This document shows positions 28,047 to 38,303 of a DNA stretch of 63,576 nt, piece by piece. Numbering within the stretch: position 1 is the first letter of the stretch; each line of letters begins with the position of its first letter. The DNA comes from Dendrobates tinctorius (lineage: Eukaryota): the NCBI RefSeq assembly GCF_039654945.1, contig NW_027361696.1, forward strand, positions 425 through 64,000. Reading direction: 5' to 3'. A model generated the notes under the pieces. That model was not told where the DNA came from and did no database searches. It saw nothing but the letters and a program-made list of their open reading frames with translations. Made by a program: the position numbers and the translations under genes.

Positions 28047-30040
28047 CGCCGCCGCTCACTGTGATGTCACACTGCTGAGGTCGCTGCAGCATGAGTCTTT
28101 ACAGGAGGACGAGGCTTCGTCAGCATGGAGGACGGGAACACTGGAGCCGATGTGCCGCTCATCAGGCAGTTTTGCTGCAGCTGTATCAGTGTCTGGATGA
28201 CAGGCACTCCTAGGATTATCCACGCTGCTCTACAGCAACCTGCTCACATCTCCCATCCCGGACCCAGCGCCGAGGATCTCGCATAGTACGGACCACGCTT
28301 GTGTGCAGACGCCCCACATTTTTCTAGGAGATGTTGTGATGCACACGCTTCTTGTCAGTAAACCTGTACAGCGCTAATACTTCTCTCAGCTGGGGGTTTG
28401 TTACCACGTCTACCACTTAGTGCTAGCCCGTTGTCATAATGCAATTACTTGAGTTCTCAGAGTTTGCAACTGGCACAAACCCTCAGCTGTGAGGTCTGGA
28501 AATGTGAAGCTTCTCACGTCAGAGTTATAGAACTGTATGATCACAATTCCTGTCTAGTCTCCATCATCTGACTCCTCTGTGACCAGTGATGACTGGCGGC
28601 AGCGCTGAGGATGGTGGACATTCTGCTTGCTGCTCTGGAGGGGGAGAGCTGCCATATTCTTGCTGGCACTTCATACGTTGTGTTGACAGGCAGTCAAGCT
28701 GCAAACTAAATAAATGCATCAGGTGAATGACTGCTGAGTAATGAGAGGCACCACATCAGACCCCTGAAGCTGTGACAGGCACAATGATGGACACCCGAGG
28801 CTGTGACAGGCACCTGGCAATAACGCTTAGATAGATGGTTTATAATTATGTAAGAAATTTATTCTCTTATAAATTATTTTTGCTCTGATCCATATATTGC
28901 ACGTGAGCAGAACTTGGCGCCACTACACGAGGAGGCACGAGGTGTCAGACACCTCCTGCCTGAATGAAGCGGGTGCTGACAGAACAGACATATGGATACG
29001 GGCCTCCGACAGACAGATGAGCATGAACCCAAGATCTGGCCAGTAATATGCAGAGTGGGATGCCTGCTGGAGGCAGCCGCCTCTCTCTGCACTGAGAACT
29101 GCTGCTCTGGAGGCATCTCAGCGAGTTCTCAGTGCAATGCTGACAGATGACGGGTGGCCCCCGTGAGGGCCAGAGACAAACACTGAGGGGTCCTCCATCC
29201 CCATGTAAATGAAGCCATCTCTGTATTCCACATGGCCTTCATTACCACAGTCACTTTTTCCAAGATCTCTGCTTGCCATCAGTGAATGTTTCCTGCAGAG
29301 GCTGAGCGTGTCCTGCCCCAATATCTGCTCGGAGCAGAGTTTACTACAGTTGTATCCAGAGCAGACATCACACCACAGCACTGTGCCCCTGCCCGAGAAG
29401 TTTGTTCCAATGTGTCAGGACAGATAAAATGGACTCCATATGTTAAATCCAGATTGTTAGGTTCTGAATCGTCTAGACTGGATCCAATGACAGAAAACCC
29501 TCAGACGTGAGAGCGTGGGTCAGGAAAGTGTGCTCAGCCTCCGAAAGTAAACAGGACAGCTGACATTCAATGACAGCAAGCAGAGATCTTGGCAAGAAAC
29601 ATACGAATGTCATACATGAGATACGATCATTTACACGCCCCCGGAGGACCCCTTTAAGGGATTGCAATTGGTTTAGCAGCAATAGAATATAATGATGTGG
29701 CGATATCAGCGCCACCTGCTGGACACTGAGCATGTTACAGCTGCCTGACAGCAGTTAGTCTGGTGACGACTAATCCCGCCAGGGGAATGGAGAGCACAGC
29801 GCCGATGCCAGCAGTAAGGACTGTGCACAGCCTGACCTTCCACCTCTTACCGCCGTCCTGGGGATGCCAGATTATTGGAATCATTGTGTACTATGTGACC
29901 GGTGTCCTGTCTCCCGGTCGGTGTGGAGCTCATGATTCAGCCAAGTCTATAGGGCAAGGATTCAGGCAGCGAGTGTTCATATCAGCAGATAACATGGTGG
30001 ATAATAAACCTGGGACTCTGGCGAGTTGCGAGCACAGCGC

Positions 30041-30169
30041 TCAGGCTTTCATCAGTGCACCCACCACCGCCTTCACATTCAGGCTGCGCAGGTCGCAGTA
30101 CGTCTGCCCCGTGCCCACAAACACGATGGGCTGCCCGGTGATGTACGTCATGGAGATGGCAGCTCCCAC
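30041..30169 (-). CDS. SRPRA: SRPRA exon 14, last coding exon ([42 protein letters not shown])
   Basis: ctcctgcag acceptor, GTGQ motif, TGA stop. The 14 exons total 1935 nt in frame. Candidate minus-strand AATAAA at 28858-28863. Confidence 0.97.
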   Translation of the reverse strand: MGAAISMTYITGQPIVFVGTGQTYCDLRSLNVKAVVGALMKA

Positions 30170-32436
30170 CTGCAGGAGAGAAGGAAGAGGCCCCCGTAAT
30201 CAGTACACATGGCTGCAACTTTCTCAAGACCACCGCTTATTTATCCCACATTCACAATCTCTGCTTGCCATCAGTGGCTGCAGGTGTTGTCTAGATCAAG
30301 AGATCACGGCATCTGTTGGTCATTAACAGGGTTTACTGGCGCCTGTGGCCAGAATAATAACGGGGAACCCGTCATTTGTAAGACGGACACGGAGTGAACA
30401 GACACCTAACAGCAAGCAGAGATCCTGACATTGAGGAGGAAATGAAATGCACAGCAAGTTTCAAGACACAGAATAACCAAGGAGATGAGCAAGTGGATTA
30501 GGCTCGTGGGGCACTCTGTAGCAGGATGGGATAGAAGTTGTACAGCTTGATATAAATGCAGCTCTCGGTGTGACTAAAGAGTCACAATCTGGTCTAACAG
30601 CAAAAGGCAAAGCAAAATTTTGTACAGATAATAAGTCTGGGTAAGAGTGCAGATGCCCCTTTAAAAGGTTGTCCCCCCTCCAATTTGCTGATTTGCTGGG
30701 GATGTGACCAGTGAGACCCCCTGAAATTAAAGCTCCGGAACCCTAAGAAAAGGACTCTGGCTCTGTCGCCCATCAGGATTGGAGTGAGTGGCTGCACTCG
30801 ACCACTAGTCCACTCATTGTCTACAGGACTGATGCAAATACCCGAGAAAGCACTATAGACAATGGAGGGAGGCTGAGCGTGCAACCCAATCCTCACAGAA
30901 ATAGACTCTGCTCTTGAGATCCCTGAGGGCTCAGTGTGCAAAACCCCAAAGATTAGCAACATATTCCCTAAGCCAATGGTGGCAAACTCAGCACTACTAC
31001 TACCGCATCCACCTTCTAATCAGCCAATGCGCCATCCCCCTCATCACTAGCGCCGCCGTCACATCAGGCCAGCACGTGGGGCCGTCCTATACTGCACAAG
31101 GCGGCACATGGGGCCGTCCTATACAGTGCCTTGCGAAAGTATTTTGCCCCCTCGAACTTTTCAACCTTTTCCCACATATCATGCTTCAAATAAAGATGCC
31201 AAATGTAAATTTTTGGTGAAGAATCAACAAGTGGGACACAATTGTGAAGTTGAACAAAATTTATTGGTTATTTTAAATTTTTTGGAAATTCAAAAACTGA
31301 AAAGTGGGGCGTGCAATCTAATTCGGACCCTTTAACTTGATACTTTTTTGCGCCACCTTTTGCTGCGATTACAGCTTCGAGTCGCTTGGGGTATGTCTCT
31401 CTCAGTTTTGTACATCGAGAGACTGAAATTCTTGCCCATTCTTCCTTGGCAAACAGCTCGAGCTCAGTGAGGTTGGATGGAGATCATTTGTGAACAGCAG
31501 TTTTCAGCTCTTTCCACAGATTCTCAACTGGATTCAGGTCTGGACTTTGACTTGGCCATTCTAACACCTGGATACGTTTATTTGTGAACCATTCTATTGA
31601 ATATTTTGCTTTATGTTTGGGATCATTGTCTTGTTGGAAGACAAATCTCCATCCCAGTCTCAGGTCTTTTGCAGACTCCAACAGGTTTTCTTCAAGAATG
31701 GTCCTGTATTTGGCTCCATCCATCTTCCCATCAATTTTAACCATCTACCCTGTCCCTGCTGAAGAAAAACAGGCCCAAACCATGATGCTGCCACCACCAT
31801 GTTTGACAGTGGGGATGGTGTGTTCAGGGTGATGAGCTGTGTTGCCTTTAAGCCAAACGTATCGTTTGGCATTGTTGCCAAAAAGTTCGATTTTGGTTTC
31901 AGCTGACCAGAGCACCTTCTTCCACATGTTTGGTGTGTCTCCCAGGTGGCTTGCTGCAAACTTTAAATTACACTTTTTATGGATATCTTTGAGAAATGGC
32001 TTTCTTCTTGCCACTCTTCCATAAAGGCCAGATTTGTGCAGTGTGCAACTGATTGTTGTCCTATGGACAGACTGTCCCACCTCAGCTGTAGATGTCTGCA
32101 GTTCATCCAGAGTGATCATGGGTCTTTTGGCTGCATCTCTGATCAGTCTTCTCCTTGTTTGAGATGAAAGTTTAGAGGGACGGCCGGGTCTTGGTAGATT
32201 TGCAGTGGTATGATACTCCTTCCATTTCAATCAGGGCTGTGGAGTCGGTAAGCCAAACCTGCGACTCCGACTCCTCAATTTCCCTTACACCGACTCCGAC
32301 TCCAACTCCACGACTCCGACTCCCACACATATTGCTTATATTTAAGTGAAAAATTTATTGTAGTACAATGTGAACCTCAGACATTTAATCATTTCTATGA
32401 TACAATAATCAAGACATTTAGATAGAACAGAATATA

Positions 32437-33656
32437 CACTCACTGGCCACTTTATTAGGTACACCTGTCCAACTGTGTGTTAAGACTTAATTTCTAATCT
32501 GCCAATCACATGGCGGCAACTCAGTGCATTTAGGCATGTAGACATGGTCAAGACAATCTCCTGCAGTTCAAACCGAGCATCAGTATGGGGAAGAAAGGTG
32601 ATTTGAGTGCCTTTGAACGTGGCATGATTGTTGGTGCCAGAAGGGCTGGTCTGAGTATTTCAGAAACTGCTGATCTACTGGGATTTTCATGCACAACCAT
32701 CTCTAGGGTTTACAGAGAATGGTCCGAAAAAGAAAAAAAATCCAGTGAGCGGCAGTTCTGTGGCCGGAAATGCTTGTTGATGCCAGAGGTCAGAGGAGAA
32801 TGGGCAGACTGGTTCGAGCTGATAGAAAGGCAACAGTGACTCAAATTGCCACCCGTTACAACCAAGGTAGGCAGAAGAGCATCTCTGAACGCACAGTGCG
32901 TCGAACTTTGAGGCAGATGGGCTACAGCAGCAGAAGACCACACCGGGTACCACTCCTCTCAGCTAAGAACAGGAAACTGAGGCTACAATTTGCACAAGCT
33001 CATCGAAATTGGACAGTAGAAGATTGGAAAAACGTTGCCTGGTCTGATGAGTCTCGATTTCTGCTGCGACATTCGGATGGTAGGGTCAGAATTTGGCGTA
33101 AACAACATGAAAGCATGGATCCATCCTGCCTTGTATCAACGGTTCAGGCTGGTGGTGGTGGTGTCATGGTGTGGGGAATTTTTTCTTGGCACTCTTTGGG
33201 CCCCTTGGTACCAATTGAGCATCGTTGCAACGCCACAGCCTACCTGAGTATTGTTGCTGACCATGTCCATCCCTTTATGACCACAATGTACCCAACATCT
33301 GATGGCTACTTTCAGCAGGATAATGCGCCATGTCATAAAGCTAGAATCATCTCAGATTGGTTTCTTGAACATGACAATGAGTTCACTGTACTCAAATGGC
33401 CTCCTCAGTCACCAGATCTCAATCCAATAGAGCATCTTTGGGATGTGGTGGAACGGGAGATTCGCATCAGGGATGTGCAGCCGACAAATCTGCGCCAACT
33501 GTGTGATGCCATCATGTCAATATGGTCCAAAATCTCTGAGGAATGCTTCCAGCACCTTGTTGAATCTCTGCCACGAAGAATTGAGGCAGTTCTGAAGGCA
33601 AAAGGGGGTCCAACCCGTTACTAGCATGGTGTACCTAATAAAGTGGCCAGTGAGTG
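32437..33656 (+). mobile_element. DD36E (Incomer-type) Tc1/mariner transposon, 1220 bp
   Basis: Perfect TIRs cactcactggccactttattaggtacacc and TA TSD. The empty site is visible in the sister MITE at ~2011-2030. Confidence 0.95.
32585..33624 (+). CDS. DD36E transposase with a single frameshift near 32772
   Basis: HTH N-terminus MGKKGDLS.., WSDESRF, and QQDNAPCH...[11 protein letters not shown] with 36 residues between D and E. Restoring one base gives 346 aa. Confidence 0.9.
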
Positions 33657-34618
33657 TATATTGGTGTACTACCCGGTTTTCATTCTTTTTGGTACAGATA
33701 CGATATGGATAGACAGATATGGATAAATGGATAGATAGAGCAGATTTCTAATCTGCTTTTGCTATTGAAAACATTATCTATGAGCTCAAAAACCTTTCAG
33801 GTGATGCAGTTTTTTAAAAAGATGATCAGCTTTTGCAGCTGAAAAACGTATCCTCAAAAAACACAGGAAAAACGCTGTGTGTGAATGTAGCTTTGGATCA
33901 GGAATAGAACAGCCATTTATAGGACATTTCATAACTTTCCCAAACTCCTATGAAAAAATATTCAGCACATCCTGCATTGAATTACTGTACCCAATTTATT
34001 ATATATTTTAGGAGTCGGAGTCGGTCCATTTTATACCGACTCCAACTCCGACTCCACCAAAATGAGCTACGACTCCGACTCCACGACTCCGACTCCACAG
34101 CCCTGATTTCAATATGATCGCTTGCACAGTGCTCCTTGGGATGTTTAGTTTTGGAAATCATTTTGCATCTAAATCCGGCTTTAAACTTCTCCAGAACAGT
34201 ATCACGGACCTGCCTGTTGTGTTCCTTGGTCTTCATGATGCTCTCTGTGTTTCAAACAGAACCCTGAGACTATCACAGAGCATGCGAATTTATACAGAGA
34301 CTTGATTACACACAGGTGGATTATATTTATCATCATTAGTCATTTAGGACAACATTGGATCATTCAGAGATCCACATTGAACTTCTGGAGTGAGTTTGCT
34401 GCACTGAAAGTAAAGGGGCCGAATAATATTGCACGCCCCACTTTTCAGTTTTTGACCTTCCACAAAAATTTCAAATAAACAATATATTTTGTTCAACTTC
34501 ACAATTGTGTTCCACTTGTTGTTGATTCTTCACCAAAAAATTTACATTTGGTATCTTTATGTTTGAAGCATGATATGTGGGAAAAGGTTGAAAAGTTCCA
34601 GGGGGCCGAATACTTTCG

Positions 34619-35519
34619 TGTTGTGAACTCATTTTCTGGTTTACCTCTGGCTTCTGGTGAGGGTGGTGGAGCTGGCTGTGTTGACAGAGGAGTCGTGGGT
34701 TCTCCATGTGGGCTCCCTCTAGTGGTCACAGTAGGTAATGAAGCTGATCTAAATTGCAGAGACCTGCCACCTGAGGAGGAGGGCTGTGAGTGCACATCAG
34801 GAGTCTCTGACTGGATTTAAGACAGCTGACTCCCTAATTTTGTGCTGGTTATTTTTCCTGCCCTGAGGTTCTGGTTTTCAGTTCTGTTCCTGCCTTCTCA
34901 AGCTAAGTGTGCTCTGCTATTTTTTCACATGAGTTTTGGTCTGGTTTACTCAGTTTTTGTGGTCAGCCAGCCCCTGCTGGGGCTGTGCTGAATTTCCATT
35001 CTTATGTCTCTGTTTATGCCAGCTTGCTTTTTGTCCCTGATCAGATTGGTCTCTTTTTGCTCTGTCTTCAGAATATGCCAGAGTGCTGATATAGGGAATT
35101 GAAGTCTAGCGACTTTGTTATCAGAAAGTGTTGGACATTTTTTGGCAGGGTTTTGTACGTGATTGCAGACAGCATCTTTCCTGTCCTGTCCTTTCTAGTT
35201 AGTGTGGGCCCCATCGTTTTCTCAGCCTATTTTTCTGTGTTTGCGTTTTCATCTTGTCTCACAGACAATACATGTTTGGGGGCTGTCTATTGCTTTGGGG
35301 TCTGCACTGGGGCAGTTTAGATTTCCCCTTTTCTTTTTTTAGGCGTATTTAGTTCTCTGGCTGTGACGAGGCGTCTAGGATCATCGTAGGTACGCTCCAC
35401 GGCTACTGCTAGTTGTGTGGATAGGAAAAGGGGTCTGCAATCCGCTTAGTTACCAACCTCTCTGGTTTTCTGTGGCTTAGCTTGTTTTGTTTTTCCTCCT
35501 CGGTGACTTATTCATAACA
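34619..35519. mobile_element. Solo LTR (901 bp) inserted in a Tc1 TIR
   Basis: TGTTGTGAA...TTCATAACA termini with CTTTCG duplicated on both sides. Confidence 0.85.
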
Positions 35520-36659
35520 CTTTCGCAAGGCACTGTACTGCACGGAGCGGCACGTGGGGCCATGCTATACTGCACGGAGCGGCACGTGGGGCCATCCTAT
35601 ACTGCACGGAGCGGCACGTGGGGCCATTATACACTGCACGGAGCGGCACGTGGTGCCTTTAAATAATGCACAGAGCACCATGTGGGGCCCATAATACTGT
35701 ACAGAGGACTTTCTGTGCCCATTATACAGAATAAAGGCAGTGTGGCGGAATCATACTGTAATGAGGTCACCTTTCTTTGTTGGGGGGGATTGAGGGAGGG
35801 GGGTACAGTAGGGTCATCAAGCTGTGCGTGTGGAGGGTACTCTGGAGGACTCATACTGTGTGTGGGGGCACTTTATTATCTGTTTATTATCTGTTATTAT
35901 TCAGGGTTTTTTATCCTTTGTTATTACCTATGTATATTACGCCATTCAGCCATCTGCTTTTACTGCTCTTACAGAATATATATTATTCCAATATAATTCC
36001 AAAGGGTCATCGTTTTATTTGATATGTCTCAATCGTAGATATTTTTTAACAAATATCAAGGTTGGCCGTGACTTTGGCCAAGCTTTTAGTATTATCCCTT
36101 TGTGGATTAGAGTTTGGCATCCCTGGCTTAAAGGGTTATTGTCATCATGATAAAGGGTTACAACTGCAAAGAGGTTGTAAAAACAAACAACTTTGCAGTT
36201 TTACTTTAGATTAAAACTCCTCTGTATTCTCCAGAACATTCACTACAATCGGTGGCGGGATCTTTGGCTTGGAGTGCAGCGCTTACAAGCTCTTTGCTAT
36301 AGACTGTATAGCTCGCTAATGTACGAGTTGTTTTTCTAATCTAAAACCTCAGTATTCAGGTTACATTGCCATGTTGGCGCTATGCGATAAATAAGTGTGT
36401 TTTAGGCTGCAGTTTGGGCACTCGGTCTCTAAAAGGTTCCCCATCACTGCCCTAAGGATTGTGGTCAGGGAAGATAGAACTAGTGATGGGCAGAGTTCAA
36501 GATGCTCCTGCCTGTCCTCAGGTCTAGACCACGATACCTGGCAGAAGTTACAGGGGCTGCATACTGACACAAGGTGCACCATAAGTGTCTGATAGGCTGT
36601 GAGTCAACACGTGCCGCTGCCTACATTTCTATGTTGGTCTGTGCACTTATCTTGCAATG

Positions 36660-37131
36660 TTTGGAGCATGAAGGAAGGAAGGCTCCGGACAGTACGGGGT
36701 CACAGAGTAAGGAGACATTGACAGCATGAAGGAGGAAGGCTCCAGACAGTATGGGGGCCCAGTATAAGGAGACACTGACAGCATGAAGGAGGAAGGCTCC
36801 GGACAGTACGGGGGCCCAGTATAAGGAGACACTGACAGCATGAAGGAAGGAAGGCTGCGGACAGTATGGGGGCCCAGTATAAGTAGACACTGACAGCATG
36901 AAGGAAGGAAGGCTGCGGACAGTACGGGGGCCCAGTAAAAGTAGACACTGACAGCATGAAGGAAGGAAGGCTCCGGACAGTACGGGGACCCAGTGTAAAG
37001 AGCCACTGACAGCATGAAGGAAGGAAGGCTCCGGACAGTACGGGGTCCCAGTGTAAAGCGCTACTGCCAGCATGAAGGAGGAAGGCTCCGGACAGTACGG
37101 GGCCCCTGTGTAAAAAGATACTGCCAGCATG
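36660..37131. repeat. ~56-60 bp minisatellite, left part
   Basis: Unit tgacagcatgaaggaggaaggctccggacagtacggggcccagt... The array resumes at 50614-50955. Confidence 0.92.
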
Positions 37132-37188
37132 TAAATGGTGCTAACAAATATATGTATTTCAAAAATATACAGTGAAGAAAATGTAAAA

Positions 37189-37194
<6 letters not shown>

Positions 37195-37260
<66 letters not shown>
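37195..37260. repeat. (TA)n microsatellite
   Basis: About 33 TA units. Confidence 0.98.
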
Positions 37261-37264
<4 letters not shown>

Positions 37265-37532
37265 TAAGTAAAGTGCATACAAATTAGTGAAAATTGTAGG
37301 TCAATTCCCTAAGTGCACATCATAATTATACAAGTAAGAAAATGTATATAAAGTGCAAAATATATAGGTAAAGTGCAATATTAGTGCAAAAAAAAAAAAA
37401 TAGTGACCACCATATGTGTCACTGCATAGATATACCTCATGAATAATGGGAATAATACCCAATAGCACCAATAGGTGTCAGTATATGCATAGTTTATGTC
37501 CTGGACCAGGAAAATTTCTGAAAACAGCGTTA

Positions 37533-37776
37533 GGCCTGTTTCACACTTCCGTTTTTGTGTCCGCCAAACGGATCCGTTTCCGTTTTTTTGACGGAAACGG
37601 ATGCGAACGGATCCGTTTTTAAAAAAACGGATCCGTTTTTTTGACGGATCCGCGATAACCGTAATGGAAGTCTATGGGACAAAAAAAACGGATCCTGCCA
37701 AAAATGGCGGATCCGTTTTTTAACGGAAAACAACGGATTTTGACGGATTTGAAAAAACGGAAGTGTGAAACAGGCC
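37533..37776. mobile_element. PIF/Harbinger MITE
   Basis: TIR ggcctgtttcacacttccgtttt and TTA TSD. The empty site is present in the opposite palindrome arm. Confidence 0.92.
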
Positions 37777-37812
37777 TTAGACATCAAAGAGTATGGTAAG
37801 TATAAGGTATAA

Positions 37813-38222
37813 GGCCTGTTTCACACTTCACTTTTTTTCCCCATCAGTCAAGATCCGCAGTTTTCCTAAAAAAAAACGGATCCACCATTTTGTTTGGCGG
37901 ATCCTTTTTTTTCCCATTGACTTGCATTACTGGCGGATCTTGACGGATGGCCATCCGTCGGATCCGTTTTTTTGCGGATCCGCCAATTTTTTTGCGTCCG
38001 CCGACATGCCCGGATGAAGCTTGTAACTTTTTTTGCCTGAAGGATCCACATTAAATTCTCTCTCTCGTCCCCGGACTGCGGTTCCTTTAAAATTCTTCAG
38101 CCAACAGATCCGTCAAAAAACCGGTCCGCTGGCATCCATTAACTTCAGTTAACAACGGATCCGCTTTCTGCCATTTTGGCGGATTTAAACTGACAAGAAA
38201 AAACTGAAGTGTGAAACAGGCC
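37813..38222. mobile_element. PIF/Harbinger MITE
   Basis: TIR ggcctgtttcacacttca and TAA TSD. The empty site is present in the opposite arm. Confidence 0.92.
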
Positions 38223-38264
38223 TAACTTACAAGCTACACTGCACCTGGTCTGGACCGCCGCCCT

Positions 38265-38303
38265 CCCCAACACGTGTTTCGGCCCTTAGCCTTCGTCAGG
38301 GGG
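38265..38303 (-). ncRNA. Minimal type-I hammerhead ribozyme (left arm, sense to SRPRA)
   Basis: cccc-CTGACGA-a-GGC taagg GCC-GAAA-C acgt G-TT-gggg: core boxes, stems I and II, and a palindromic stem/loop III. Confidence 0.75.

Larger units (their letters stand above)
32232..34105. mobile_element. hAT-type non-autonomous element (sister of 1572-2217)
   Basis: TIR cagggctgtggagtcgg with a perfect 8-bp TSD atttcaat. Confidence 0.92.
31124..35535 (-). mobile_element. DD34E Tc1-like transposon hosting a hAT MITE, a DD36E Tc1 and a solo LTR
   Basis: TA-flanked cagtgccttgcgaaagta...ctttcgcaaggcactg. Transposase pieces 34236-34114, 32230-31745 and 31744-31484 (QQDNDPKH...SPDLNPVE). Inserted in a 32-bp minisatellite (31072-31123, 35536-35660). 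Confidence 0.93.

Noticed and set aside
29763-30326. 187-aa + strand ORF
   Set aside because: Antisense shadow of the last SRPRA exon and its UTR, with no recognisable motifs.
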